Below are positions 1 to 13,899 of a DNA stretch of 64,000 bases, one piece after another; the first letter of the stretch is position 1; every line of letters starts with the position of its first letter. The notes below the pieces were generated by a model. It made no database searches and was not told the origin of the DNA. It saw nothing but the letters and a program-made list of their open reading frames with translations. This stretch comes from Dicyema japonicum (lineage: Eukaryota > Animalia > Dicyemida): the NCBI GenBank assembly GCA_011109175.1, contig RDEW01000042.1, positions 130,504-194,503 on the forward strand, given 5' to 3'. Position numbers and translations under genes: made by a program.

Positions 1-12
1 CTTATCTGTCTA

Positions 13-84
13 GGATCACTTAGCTAGTTGAATACTTTTATATCTATCTCTTTGACCCAGTGATCCTGGGGTAATAATAATAAG
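13..84 (+). mobile_element. 3' end of a LINE (stem-loop plus (TAA)n tail)
   Basis: GGATCACT...AGTGATCC followed by TGGGG and TAATAATAATAA; the same motif ends RT-bearing LINE pieces at 5726-5792 and 40056-40127. Confidence 0.6.
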
Positions 85-964
85 TCTTTCAGGATGTATA
101 AGAAATCAACCTCACAACGAAATATAAAAAACGACTTAATCAAGTGTTACAGATATTAAAATTTGTAAAATATTATCTCCTACTAATATTTGAAAGTGGT
201 TTGTCTATCATGAACATCTACCATGGCTTTGTTACCTCACTAACAAGAAGGTCAGCAGTCTTCAGGCGCTCACCTGCAATTATCGGGTTTTCTCATATAT
301 ACAGTTTTTAGAAGATCTTAGTCAGAATGGGGGATCCATGAGTCTTAATTAGATTGATTTTTGAAACAGTCGTTGAAAATCCTGGAGAACAGCATAATTC
401 TTTTCTTATGGTAGCTTGTTGAAAGTTATTTGTGGAAGGGGAGTCAAGTAAAATGTTTTGTTTCCGTGAATGAATCCATGAGTGGTAACTTGATCGTGGA
501 TGGCCTTGAGACGGAATAAGACAAAAGAGTTAAGAGAGTTAGCTGAAGCGGTAATAATCTTAAGTAAATAAGTTGAGTGAGAGAAGTGATGATAGGGGGG
601 AAGAAGATTATAGTTCATCTAGAAAAGGAAGATTGGAGAGACTCTAGATTCTCAATAAAGATGAACGAGACAAAAGAGATGAACTCCTTACGAATTAGAA
701 ATCCCTTGTTTTACTTAAACTGTTTAATATTGTAGTGCCATGTGGTCCACGTGTCTAAGGTTTGCTACGTTCATTAATTGCATCAAATAGAGTATTAAAC
801 CGTTCCTGTTGGATCGTTCCTTATTTGAATTCCAAAAGAACATTAGTTTCCTCGCGTAATTAAAACCATTACCCACCTAACCAAACTCAATACCTGAAAA
901 AATCCAAAAGTAAATCAAGTATCAGTAAATCATTAAAATTGTTAGTCGGATCACATTCGATAAT

Positions 965-2537
965 CTACGAATACCTCTCCACAATCATCGCATGTCCCTG
1001 CAGGTCCTTTACTCACAAAACCTGCCCTCCAGCCGCACAAGCAGACACCAATGCTAATCTTCCCTTCTCATCAATCAGTCTATTGGCCGCGTGGGTCACC
1101 AGTCGAACTCCCGTAGCACCGAATGGGTGACCAATCGACAGAGAGCCTCCCCACAGGTTCAGCTTCTCCATAGGGACCTCTCCCACCTTTCCAACTCCAT
1201 GAGCCCTTCCACAGAAGTAATCCGAGTCCATCGCCTTCATATTCGCCAGCAGTTGTCCCTAACAAAAATAACCTAAAAGAATCACAGCAAATGCTTCGTG
1301 GATCTCAAATACGTCGAAATCCGACAGTTTCTTCCCACAAGAGGACAGAAGTCGGGGATACAGTAAGCCGGACTGAAATCATGATAAACACAACCCCATC
1401 AAGAGCTCGTCCTTCGGGTCCTGGGCATAGAAGTTGTACTGTCTCAAATAAGCCTTGGGCTTCAATCCGAGGCTCAGAGCCTTCTCTTCCGACATCAGCA
1501 AACAGGCAGAGGCTCCGTCTGTGAGGAAGGACGAATTTGCAGGCGTGATTGTTCCGTGGGGCTTCACAAACGACGGTTTCAACTTTGCCATGCTCTCAAT
1601 TGAAGAAGGACGAACTCCATTGTCACACGTGGTCACTTTTTTGCTCCCTTATGAAAATTCATTCCAAAATCAACCCGCTGGCTGAAACACGTGCACGTCA
1701 GTCAATTTTCCGTCAGTCTGAGCCTTTGCTGCCAAGGAATGTGACCGATTGGCAAAGGAATCCTAAGCACGTGACAAAATGCCTGGCCTACCTGTTCTTG
1801 TCTGGAAACTGAGAATGCTGAAGCCAACCGATCAGCAGAGTGTCCCATCGTCTCTCCACTTGAGAATTCAGTCACAGCCGGTAACTGGGAGTCCAATTGA
1901 ATACGGTACCTCAGGATTCAGAATCTGGAGGGGGTTAAGGAGCTTCAAGGCCATGAGGTTTCTAACAAACTTGTTTTTGACCTTTGACATAGCCAGCATG
2001 TGCTTTCTGAGAGTCCTGTTGTACCTAATGGGTACATCCGACATAATGTCGACACCCCCGGCAATGCCACAGTCGTAGACACCAGCCTTGATAAGTTCCA
2101 TGAGGCTGACGATGCTCTGGTTGGAAGAAATGCAAGCCATGGAGACTGTGTGGGCTGGAATTGAATTGGAGAGGCCTGAAGTCAGTAAAACCTTAAAATT
2201 AGGCGGTAAGTATTTTTACCTCCCGGGCGATGTTGTGGGTCCTCGGTTCTTGTATGACGGTCCCAATGCACATATACTGAACAAAATCTGAAATATAGCA
2301 AAAAGGTGTTACCCTTATTAATCCCAGTCTTTTTCAAAAGGTTAGTTACAGCCGCTTTTTGCAGTTCGTAGGCCATTACATCCTTATAATCTGTCCCAGC
2401 GACACAGAAGGGTGTCCGTGCACTGTCTACGAGTACGACATTTCTCATGTTAGAAACCGACTTGCTGGTTGAAGCATTTCTAGTCACGTATTTTACTAGT
2501 GAGCTTTAATAAATTTATTACATATAGCGAGTCGCAT
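965..2537 (-). CDS. HADHB: Mitochondrial trifunctional enzyme beta subunit (3-ketoacyl-CoA thiolase), 10 exons, about 446 aa, one 1-nt frameshift
   Basis: Spliced translation [35 protein letters not shown]...[11 protein letters not shown]...[10 protein letters not shown]...DNGVRP...[11 protein letters not shown]...EIHEAFA GQ...[18 protein letters not shown]...[16 protein letters not shown]. Introns at 2496-2521, 2288-2312, 2192-2219, 1885-1909, 1763-1791, 1648-1674, 1373-1394, 1259-1285, 998-1021. One base is missing in the GGGG run at 1354-1357. The first exon and start codon are inferred. Confidence 0.93.
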
Positions 2538-2689
2538 ACAAGGGTTAATATTTAAGTTTTTTTTAAATAAAAAAATATTATAATAAATGAAATTATTTCA
2601 TTATTTAAATTGTTTTTTTAATTTATAACATTTTAGACCAGCTCGGTAGTTTAGTTAACCAATATTCATATAATATTGGTGGATGAGAG

Positions 2690-4040
2690 GACACCCGGAA
2701 ATGACGAATTCACTCAAAATTACCTAAAAGCCCTAATAAAATACTACGCGAAAATCTCTAAAAAACCACATGAGGACTGACCCACCTAAACCGCCGCTAA
2801 GAAACTTATTCACTAAAAGGAGGTAATGGCATCCCTAAGCCAAACAAAAGTAACACATTCTCATGGTCCAGACGGAATTCCCATAATCCTCCTGAAAAAC
2901 CTAGGCAATGAGGGAATCGGTACTTTGATCAAAATCTACAGCTGGTCGATTAATTATAACTCAATCCCAACGATATGGAAACTTGCAAACATTCTCCCAG
3001 TATTGAAGCCAGGAAAACCGAAAGAAGACCCAGCTTCCTTCAGGCCTATTTCTCTCTTATGCTCCATGTCAAAAATTTTGGAAATGCTTATCCTCGCACA
3101 AATCACTGAAAGGACTTCCGATAAACCGTTCCAGCATGGTTTCAAAAAGGATCGGTCAACAACGAGCTTCCTCACATCCCTGACTAACTTTATTCGCTCT
3201 AGATTTCTGTGCAAGCCAAGACATTAAAAAACTGTGTTATGCTCACTGGACGTCCACAAAGCTTTCGACTCTGTGCCGAGGAAGAACCAAACATGGAAAA
3301 TTTACCAATCAGATATTCCTGAAAACCTCAAACACTGGCTGATGAACTTCCTTACCGAACGAAGAGGTAGAGTGGCATGGTAAACATTCATTCTGTCTCC
3401 CATTTATTCCCAAAGGGAGTACCCCAGGGCTCGCCGCTATCACCATTACTATTCAACTTGTTTACGGCTGACATTCCGACGCCGAATGGAGAAGACGACC
3501 TGCTTCTGGCTTATGCAGACGATATCGTCTTAGCCTTACGGGATCAGAACACCCAAACAGCGACGGAAAGAATACAACACATATGGATCGACTACTCGAG
3601 TGGTTTAATGAAAATCGGATGTCAATCAATACCGAAAAATCTGTTACAACTCTCTATACCTCAGATCAAAAGATTGTCAAACTGCGGAGGGAAGAGAATC
3701 GCCGTTCAGCAAATGGCAAAAAATATTGGGTTTGACTTTCGATACGCACATAAACTTTACGAGACACGTCACTAACGTGCTGAACAAATGTGAGAAGAAA
3801 ATCAACCTTCTGAAATGCTAACAGGTCTATGGAAAATTGGACATCACCCTATACTTAAAACGCTCTACTCACAGTACATCGAACCATGCATTTCATATGC
3901 GTGTACTTCACTGGCTTCTTATACGAACATCCAGAAAATCTCCGCAACTCAGAAAAGGACCTTCAAACTAACCGAGAGATGGTATAAAGGGGAAAACATT
4001 AAATTACCGACGCCCATGGAGAAACTAATCGAAAAAAAAC
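2690..4040 (+). mobile_element. Degenerate Jockey/I-group LINE, RT region
   Basis: Frameshifted motifs GPDGIP, WKLANILPVLKPGKP...SFRPISLLC, QHGFKK, LDVHKAFDSVP, GVPQGSPLSPLLFNLF, YADD. Confidence 0.85.
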
Positions 4041-5792
4041 AAAAATGGACTCCAATGCCAAAAAGGAAGTGCTCGCCCGCAACGAACTTGTGCTGGCTCA
4101 AGGGATCAACACCGAGCAAAGACACACAAAGACATCATCCTTATCGAGAACACTACGGAATCTCAAAAAGAATCCCATACAACATACACCAGGAATTAAT
4201 CCTGACACACTTATGAAATTTTATGTCAGTTAAGCCACAAACCATATTTGAAACTGAATCATCAACCGAAACACAAGAAAAAATATCCATACATAGAATA
4301 TTTCAAACTACTGGAGGTATTTCATGCAATTAAATACATGAAAAATACAAAATCCAAAGAGGCGGATGACATTTCAATAACTGAATTGAAACACTTGGGG
4401 CCAATAGCAATCGATGCCCTTACTGAGATTTTCAATTACTCAGTGAATAGAAATGAGATTTCCTCATTATGGAAAAAATCACTCATACATCCAATACCTA
4501 AAAATAACAAAGCCTTATACGACCCCCGGAGTTATCGTCCAATATCGATTCTTTGTGGCCTTTCAAGAACATTGGAATAATTAATCCTCCACAAGATTAC
4601 TCATTCGCTTGATCTTGCAAGTTTCCAACATGGCTTCAGATCGAGATACTCAACTTCAACACATCTAACAAAACTAACTCAGTTCATCTCGGATGGACTG
4701 AACTACTCAAACCACACAAAAGAACGGTACGATTTCGATATCGAGGAGGCGTTTGATTTGGTACCGAGGAAGACTCTAACAACAAAAATTTTTGACACCG
4801 ATGTCCATCCGAAAATCCAGATATGGCTGGCCAATTTTATTAATGGTATAAGAGGCCAAGTTGTCATGAATAATAGAAAATCAAAATAACGATACCTCCT
4901 TAACGGAGTCCCTCAAGGATCCCCTTTATCACCAACCTTGTTCAATTTATTTACAAGAGACCTTCCAAATCCAAACATCCAAAATACCATCCTTCAGTCT
5001 TTATGCCGACGATCTCATTGTCGCAGCAGACACCAAGACCACAAAGAACTTGTGCGAAGGGTTCAGGAGACCCTAGACATTATGAACCCATGGTTCCTCA
5101 AAAACTACATGAAAATATTTCCTGGGGAGTCGAGCACTGCGATTATCTCCTCCTACAAGAAACAAACATCCTTCGATCCCAAATTAACTTAGAATGGAGA
5201 GCTTATCCCAGTTAATAAGAACCCATCAATCCTTGGAGTTATATATGACTCGTTGATGACGTTCACACATCATGTGGACACAATAATTTCAAGAGTTCAA
5301 AAAAAGATGAAATCCTAAAGACCTTTGCTAGATCTCCAATATCTTCACTTTCTCATCTCAAATTATTACACAAACAGTATATTCTACCGACAATGGAACA
5401 TGCATGTACGGCGTGGATTACACCATTGTCAATGCAGAACAAATTAGAGGTCATACAAAACCAATGCCTCAGGCTCCTTCTTAAATGTGACAGAATGACG
5501 CCTACGTCAGAAATGAGGAACACATTTGATCTCAAAAAAGTTATGGAACATCTCGGCGACGAACAACAAAAATTCTTGAAAATGGTGCGATCTTCTGGTT
5601 TCCCTTGAAGATGAGTTTCTTTCCTACCAGAAGTATGCTCGCAAATTTGAGATCAAACCTTCCCCCTTTTGAAAGATCATAAAAGATTGCAGACAAAGTC
5701 GAAACAAAAAAGGACGCACTGACATCCGGATCACTTAATTAGACGTAACTTTTTCCTCTTTCCTGTGTTCCCGGGGTTATAATAATATTATT
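4040..5792 (+). mobile_element. Second degenerate Jockey/I-group LINE (RT plus 3' end), in tandem with the first
   Basis: YRPISILC, QHGFRS, GVPQGSPLSPTLFNLF, broken YADD, C-terminal EHACTAWITPLS...QNQCLR; ends in a GGATCAC stem-loop and TAA-rich tail at 5726-5792. Confidence 0.85.
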
Positions 5793-7329
5793 AGTGCATC
5801 CAACTCACTGCCTTTGGGTCTCCACAAACAGAAGGATAATTATTCCTACCCTCGGTGATCAAATTCGTATTCTACGAACTATCCCATAGACTGACCCCTT
5901 TTAATCACGACAGAAAACAATCCATGACTGGATATCAACTAAAGCCATCAGAAGCAAGCTTCTGGAGCGTATTCCACCTATTGTTTGACACAAGCGAAAT
6001 GTCCAGGGTAGTTCGTCTCCACTTGGCGTCTACGTTGTGGTCCTCACATAAATTTATATATTTTTGTCAACCCCTAGTTCAGCACAGAACCAAATATACC
6101 TCTCGGATCTCTGGGAGCGTTTGCTCTTGGCTGTAACATTTTTGTTAGCCACCTGTTTCTATCACTCGAGGGACCGGGGGTAAATAAATATTAGTGCCTT
6201 CACGTGTCAAATCCACGCAGACTACCGTGGAAGCCCCTGTTGTATCACCCCTGCAGTATCCTCGGTCGTTGTCTGATCTTTGCAGGAGTTGTCGCAAATA
6301 CAATGAACTTTGATACTTATGAAGGTTCCATTTATGCTTTTATGCAGCCTCTGCTACATCTGAATGACCTTTGTAATATTTTCGAATATTTAAATCTTTT
6401 CATCCATTCTTTTACTCTCTTAAACAGCGCTGCCTGTGTTGGCAAACAGAAACAGTAAATGGTTTATCAAGGCACGTGCAAACTATGAAGATAGGTGTTG
6501 TCAATTAGAATTAGCATTTAAGGATAAGTTGTTCATCCTTTGTTGGTTAATGTTGCATCATTACAAGTCCGGATAAATCTCATTTAATTTGTGCATTGTT
6601 TAAGTGTTTGCTTCTAAAAACAGTACTTGTCTGCATTCGCTGTTGAATGCTGAATCATGGATTGAGTGCGAGGGATCTGAGAAGAACTTCGAGCTAAGAT
6701 AGAAGAATATTGAGAGGACATATTTCTTAGATTTTTTTTAGTTACTAATTAGACAAATGGTCCTCTCCTGCCTTCTTTGTAGAAACTAGTCTAGGATCTA
6801 CTGTTGTGGATTCAAATTTGAAAAACAGACGTCAACCAGATCCTGTCCGTGAGGCGACAAGTCCTTTGTCGAAGGGGATCCTCCTACCTTCCCTGCTCAT
6901 AAGAAGACATAATTATCTGTAAATAACCAAATGACAAGACATTAGACATAGATTTAAAGTTCCAGTAAATAACTCATCTGGTTGAATTATTTTCGTTATT
7001 TGAATCCATAACTGATCCAACTGCAGTACCGAGTGACCCCACTGCTGTACCCACGGCCATTTCCTTCCCCACACCCGATAATAGTTCTTTAAGTTTCCCA
7101 ACATAAGGCTTTAGTCGTTTGAATAATCTCGAGAAGATTCCAAATCTCTTTTCTGTTTGAACATCATCGTTCTCTGCAAATGTCTATCACATGAATATAT
7201 GGTCTACCAAATAATAAATGCATATAAGTAATAATCGCATCTTCAAGCATTGGGGGATACAAATTTAAACTCAAAATGGCGACAATTGGTCATAATGCTA
7301 ACATGTGTGATTATAATCATTAAATTTTA

Positions 7330-7730
7330 CTAATTTATATAAGACACAGCTACTAGAAGATCCTTTCAACTACTAGCTTTTTTGTCTACTATTCTTTTTC
7401 CTCACTGCGATGAACGATCTGATATGGTTCAGCAGAGGTCAGTGATCTGCTTCCTATAAGTCCTGATGTTTCCATGGCTACTGGTTCAAAAATAATGTGT
7501 CTATCGAGATATTTTTATTTCTTTTTTAGTGTCTTAGCTTTCCTGAGGCTGATCCTGGGTGAGGATCATTGCAAGGTTGGAGGAAAAGAGGTCATTCACA
7601 CAGGTGGCGTTCCAGGCGAGGTTTCACCACTTTTGTGGGAAGAGAGTTGTTGGTTGCTGCCAATCGGAGAGGCTCCAATTGAACAGGGAATTCGGCCGCT
7701 TACACTTCCCATCAATAATTCCGGATATTA
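7330..7730 (-). mobile_element. CRE-clade retrotransposon 3' fragment
   Basis: Minus strand gives FEPVAMETSGLIGSRSL, matching the end of the 62160-63452 ORF (FVPLAMETTGSYSP); DNA similarity to 17590-17720 and 52470-52870. Confidence 0.7.
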
Positions 7731-7849
7731 GTTAATTGTGTCCACGTTGTTAAAGTAACGATTGATTAATGAATAGGTTTAGGTTCATGTTCTAAATCAC
7801 AAGTGTCAAAACTTAGTTTAGCTGGCAGCCAGCGACGCACGTGTCAGTC

Positions 7850-8204
7850 TTTTTACAAATCTGGAGAAATAGTTAATTGGAGGAAAATTTGTGGTGGTGA
7901 CTTACCGTTCACTAAATGTCTATTTCCTAATAGCGGATGATTCTCGTGAGCTTTGACGAGGTGACTGACTAAGAAGACATCAGAAACCGGAAGTCCCGAA
8001 CGAAGGAAAGATATACGCAGAACCCGTCCGGCCCAAAATTGAAATAACTCGAGGATCATTAGACAGAAGCTACATACGTTGGATGGTAGCTAATTTTATT
8101 CTATATATACCGGTTTCGATCTCCCTCTGTCGATCTGGGATCACTTGGTTAGCTGGGGACATTTTGTATTTTAATCCAGTGATCCTGGGGGAATCAATAA
8201 TAAA
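7850..8204 (+). mobile_element. LINE 3' fragment with stem-loop tail
   Basis: Ends GGGATCACTT...CCAGTGATCCTGGGGG AATCAATAATAAA. Confidence 0.55.
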
Positions 8205-8989
8205 GATAATTTGTGAAATACAGCACATGGGTAAGATTATTAAGAATCGATTATTTTGTTTACTGATTAATCCATTAATTACCGGACTTTCATCATGTGG
8301 TTTTCTAATGTCCTAATTGTATAACGGTAGTGCCTCTGAAACTCGATCGGGGGGTTTTCCTCTCCGTGAGCAATCGCATCTTGGTTCTTTGAAGATACAC
8401 AGAAACTGCCATGGGTTGTAATAATGTGGGAAGGGTTAGGGTTCCCCGTCAGGTTGAATTCAGTTAATGATAGCACTTTATAAGTCAATTTAAGTTAATT
8501 TATTAGCATTTAAAGTTAAAATTAGTTAATTTCCTGTGAGGCTTTCATTTTATCAAGCATTTCCTTCAATTTGTTCAAATGTGATTCTGACGAATAAAGC
8601 ATCCTTCTTAGAACATTTGAATATCTTTTATCATAATGAATTTCATCTTGGTCAGAGTTTTTCTACTGTAATTCCCAAATAGCAACCACGTGGTAACATT
8701 GTAGCAAACACAGAATAATGAATAAGTATATCATTAATAAAATATGTCGCAGTTGTATTTATAGTGCATTATACGTCATATTCACTAATACGCTGATTTT
8801 GTCTTCACAACACTTTATTGGTTATTTGATTTATAAAATAAGAACAAACACGTGCTGGATAATTGCGATAATCAAATAAAGCCACGCGAAGAAAATGAGA
8901 GCCAAATCTAACTGGTGCAGAGTCGTCCAAATCCCATTGAGTAATTAAGGGACGCTCATTAATTTTGAAGCTGTGTATCGCCATGTGGT

Positions 8990-9300
8990 GCGATGTGGCT
9001 AATTGGTTTAAAATTTCTCTTCCTTCCTCTGATGGCGTCATTGGATTCACCATACTCAGGAGATGCCTTAAACCTTCCCGACATTCAAAGGATCCAACTA
9101 TTCATTCCACCTGGAGACAATTCATTCCCTAGCGATGAATTATGGAATGACCTCAGCTCCCAGACAACGTCCTCTGAACACTGTTCTTGGGTGAAAATCC
9201 ATTGGAACGTGCAGGATCAAGGATTTTTTTACTTGAGACAACATCTGCCAAAAGGTTGTCTAATTCTGCAGTCTTCTTACATGTTCTTCAGTGTCTAAAA
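8990..9300 (+). mobile_element. LINE C-terminal/3' fragment (dispersed repeat)
   Basis: Homologous by eye to 19640-19800, 14545-14835, 41940-42160, 50740-50860 and 55830-55920; the family ends in the GGATACAC/GTGTATCC stem-loop in the 14.6 kb copy. Confidence 0.55.
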
Positions 9301-11024
9301 TTTAAAATGGTGGAGACTCCAAAAATGCTTACAAAGTAACTCATCGGGGTGTTCTTCTGTAGACCGATGGGTGTTCCTCTGCGTGAGTAATATTTTCCTG
9401 GTTCGTCGGAGAAACGCAGGAAAGCGCGACCCTGGTTCGTGAATTCCTCTGAGAGGAAAGTGAAATTAGGAAGTCTATAGTGGCCTTCTTTCTTTAAATG
9501 AGCATGGCCATAGTAATGGACTGATAAGTCAAAAACCTAAAGTTCTTAGTATAGGAATTAACTCTCGGATTCACAAATTATTCTGATTCGAATCCCGTTC
9601 AGTCTAAATTGAAAGACCTGGGGGTTCATTTTCAAGAAGCTTTAATATAATGTATGTTGCCAATAATTTTTCACTCAGATCATCGCAACATAATCAACTA
9701 AGACAGCTGTTCCACCAGATAAACCCTAGCTTTGGAACATTTTACACTTGAGTAACCCAATGCGTTTGTTACGGTAATCGACATCACCGATTGCCACACT
9801 CACTGGAACAAAATATTTAGCCAGTGGTCACTGTGAAGGTCACGCATTCCACGAGGTTCATAAACTTTTAAGCAAGAAACCACCACTATTTATTCTTGTA
9901 CTTTTAAAAGCATACATACAGTACTCCACGTGGGGTTTGAATATATGTTGCTGACAATATATGGAAGGACAAATCATTGAAATACCAAACTTGCACGTTC
10001 AGCACGTTTACAACCATAAATGTGTTAGTATATTAATCAGTTACTGCTAACTAACTAATCTTCTCAGGAATGGTGAAGACCGCCTAATATTTTCTTTTTC
10101 AGTGCAATTAATCTTTCGTAAAATGGCCTAAAAATTTTACCTAAAAAGCTAAAAAATCGCTTGTCCACTTTACCCGTATCATCGGATTCCCTTGGTACCT
10201 TTAAATGAGCCATCAATCATACAAGACTTGAGCAAGCCAATCCAATCAAAATAATGGGAATTAACACTCTCATTTTGATTTTCCAGAAATTATAATATTT
10301 AAGGTAAACTAAACGACATATGCTTGCAATTAGTAGAACAAACTAACACGTGTTTACTAGCACATGTTGACAACTTATGAAGTATGGTTTACAAAATGAA
10401 AATTCATCTCTGGTAATAATAGACACGTGACTGCATTTAAATATTTTGGCTCATGATTTAATACCACGTGCTAATTCGGAATTTAAAGTGGATTAAGTCT
10501 ATGAATAAATAACATGGTAATATCCACGTTGTTTTCTATGGAAGACGTTAAGTGATTCCACGGTCTTGGTCATTGGGATACAAACCACTCCAAGCACACT
10601 AGTGCATCCACAATCACACATGGAAGTGGGGGAAAGCAAATAATCTTCTTTGATGCCGTCTTATAAGTGGGTGTCTCCTGAGACAAGTGGATCCTTGAAC
10701 AAAGATCGGGACAGAGCATGGAAAAAAATGGAAATTTGTAATTTCTTAAAAGTGTTATTATTAGATGCCTATGAGGGATGCTCTATATAAAAAGCGTTTC
10801 CATGGAAGATACTAATGAGATGTTATGTAGAACCCACGTGTTTCCGCAGAATCTGGGAGAGTAATACTTATATGTTCTGACTGATCCATTTAGCTTAAGA
10901 TAATATACTTAAGAAATGTTTTGTAGAATTAGGATACTTAAATGATATCTTTTAAAGATACTCAGAATCCGCATGTCTCCATAATATGATGACGAGATGT
11001 TCATTGGCATTCCCGTGTTCAATG

Positions 11025-11258
11025 GTTGAGGGCACTCTGTTAAATCCACTTAATTCCACGGATAGTAGTTTATGGTACTCTGTCAAATCCAAGTGTTTCA
11101 GTGGTCAAATCTATATGTTCCGCCGATAGTAGTTGAGGACTCTTTCAAATCCACGTGTTTCCGCTGATAGTAGTTGAAGGCACTAAGTCAATCTCATGTA
11201 TTTCCACGGATAGTAGTTAAGAACTCTATCAAGTTAACATGTTTCCACGGATAGTAAC
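11025..11258. repeat. Degenerate minisatellite, unit about 40-43 bp, about 5-6 copies
   Basis: GATAGTA recurs five times; approximate unit GATAGTAGTTGAGGACTCTGTCAAATCCACGTGTTTCCACG; fainter copies extend back to about 10800. Confidence 0.75.
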
Positions 11259-12014
11259 TGCACGCTTCCATATTATTTGAGGTGTTTTTTGCCAATAATT
11301 GATTTAAAATAAAAAAATATAAATATTTTTAAAGTACAAGTATATTATTAAATATTTATTTTTTCATTAAAAATTTGAGAATTTTAAAATTTCTAAGTGA
11401 ACTTTTGTACATTTTAATAAAATTACAAACAATATTTTTGAGCCGACGAAATATATATAAAATCATCACAAATTCGACTATTTTATTATTTTATATTTTT
11501 AATTAGCCATATGGTTGTAATTAGAACGACACATACAAATAATTATTTACAACAATGTTGTGAGGGAGTCGGCATCCTCACCTAACTGAGCTGTAAAAGA
11601 CTACTATGTTTACCAAAAAGGCTGTTTCAGTGGAAGGCCCAGGATAAACGATAGCTCTCGTGATATAAGTATCTCACAATAATCACGTCATTCTTATTTT
11701 AAATATCCCTCCTTGAACTGCAAAATCTCTTTCAACATCTCTCTTGAGGCAAAATTGCTCTACTTTGGATTTAAAGTTTGAAACATCGCATGAAAGTCAA
11801 AGAGGACTCATATAAAAACAATAACTTCCCATAATACCCAATATGTACAAGAAAAGACAGTTTTAAACGTCAACATCCTCCCACATCTCTACTTTCTATT
11901 CATTTCCTGAATTGTTAGACAATCAAGGAACCAGCACGTCACCACCTCACCAAACGATATTAACCGCCTGTGGTACAAAAAATGAACAAAATAATGCATT
12001 AAAAAATTAGTAAA

Positions 12015-13899
12015 CTAATTATATTGTCTAACAACAGTTCTGGCATGGAAATATTTCTTAGTATCCTCATTCAGTCTATCAGAAAAGGAGATCTTCGTCC
12101 ACCCAACAACTACCTTATATGGAGTAGGATTCTTCAGTCGAAGATGATCCGGTCTAATATGGGTTAACTCATCACAGACACGACTCCTGATCTCCTCAAT
12201 AGTAGGAAGAGGGACCACAATCTAAAATCACAGCAAAGGGCTACATTTCCTTTACTAAAGTACAGCCTCTGCAATGACTAACCGTAGTGGGGATCACGAT
12301 CATCCGCTTATATGACTGAACCTACTAAATACTGAAAGATACATCAGTCGAGTGGTTGCACATTATTTTGGTTCCTGGAGTTGGGGGATCTTCACCAAAC
12401 TCGCAGAGATAGTCCACCATGGCAAAATCTAGTCAATAAATCGACATCCTACTGTTGGTCCCATATATTCTGTAGACCGACTTGCGGTAGGGGAACACAG
12501 CCTTCGTCTCCGGATGGAAGACTTTACTGCATGGAGATCCCTCAATCTCCACCAACTTGTATACACAACCCATATTCTGCCAGTTTGAACTCCCAACCAG
12601 TCCAGAACCGATCCCGAACCCATCAATCTCCGAAGGCTGAGATAAAGACACCCCTAAACCTGGATTAGGAGACTCTGAATGATCTCAGCGGACAGTTGGT
12701 TGCTCACAATTATACGAATCCTCCCAAACCAGTCAAGGTTGAAACTACAATAACCTCTTCTAATACCGGTCCCTGACTTTCTGCATCATCAACCGAATCT
12801 GCTTGGACTGATATGCCAGGTCTCCGCTGTCGATTCGAACTCCTAAAGCTCTATGTCCCTGTTTATTCAATGCCAAGGCCACTGCGGCGAAGTTGACGAA
12901 CCCACTCCTACTGAGTGACCCCACAATCTCACTTCATAGTGTCGTATGTGTCCAACAAGGCCACGAAAGAGTCTGGAAAAGAGTTTGCGTAGCAGATAAA
13001 GCTTACGAGTTCCCCACGGTTGGGGGAGCAGTCTTTCTCGTCTGTAAACTCAGAATTGAATACTCACTAAAGATCTCCTTTAACTGAACAATGAAGTCAT
13101 CGCAGTCCGCAAGGTTGATGATCCCTGGGAGATCTAAGAGTTTTATAAAAAACACGATTAATCTCCCCCACGGAAAATGAGGTGATGAAGGAATGGGAGA
13201 TGGTCCCACTTATGGGAATTCCATATTTGAATCCTGCCAGCAGATTGCTCGTGTTATCGACTCCTTTTATAATCCAAAACAAAACCGCCAATATAGGAGT
13301 ACTTCGAAGCAGTCAAGGCCGTTTGGATCCCAGGGGCCCTTCTGAGGCAAAAATCAGACAGTATCTTATCAGGCCCAACCAGAAGACGATAACGGGAAGC
13401 GTTGGTGACCACAAGACTAACTTATTCGACCAACAACCTGCTGTAGTCGACACAGTTAATGAGGACCGACTCTATAAGCTGTCCGACGCAGTACGGAGCC
13501 CTCACGGTGATCAACGGAATGTACGGAAACACAACGGTCCCCTCATCTATCGCCCAAACTTCGCTTCCTCACAACTGAAGGATCTGAGATAATCAAGGAA
13601 GTCTTCTTCTACAAAATCTGGCAACACTGTGTGCCGGATGTACTCGATCTCTTAAAATCAAAAAGATCCCAACCTTCAGGACCGAATTTAAATCCCTGAA
13701 CGAATTTTAGGCATTTTTCCAGACCGGCAAAAATAGCGTAGCCAGAATTGAAAGGGTTTTGTCGGTAATAAAGTTCAAATACGGCCATGGAGTTGTGTCT
13801 CCTCTCCTTCCAAGCACAGTAGATCATATTTATCTGGTATTTGTCTAGAATGACTAAAATTTTAATTACCGGTGCAAATTGACTCACGTGCTCTACCAT
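12015..13899 (-). CDS. NAPRT: Nicotinate phosphoribosyltransferase, at least 13 exons, two 1-nt frameshifts
   Basis: [12 protein letters not shown]...[24 protein letters not shown]...[12 protein letters not shown]...DFCLRRAPG...[22 protein letters not shown]...[18 protein letters not shown]...[13 protein letters not shown]...GFGIGSGLV...GCVYKLVEI...[14 protein letters not shown]. Introns 13651-73, 13417-37, 13264-85, 13134-55, 13042-67, 12908-32, 12745-66, 12637-59, 12429-52, 12322-42, 12222-44, 12093-113. One base is missing near 13560 and one near 12279. The N-terminal exon structure is uncertain. Confidence 0.92.

Noticed and set aside
406-930. Short ORFs in the track here and elsewhere (60-100 aa, often antisense to genes or TEs)
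   Set aside because: No recognisable homology; most are shadow frames of the features already called.
5830-7200. CACTA/EnSpm transposase remnant on the minus strand
   Set aside because: Only vague resemblance in broken frames; no TIR and no convincing motif.
11025-11258. CRISPR-like array
   Set aside because: Units are contiguous and degenerate with no unique spacers; eukaryotic context and no cas genes.
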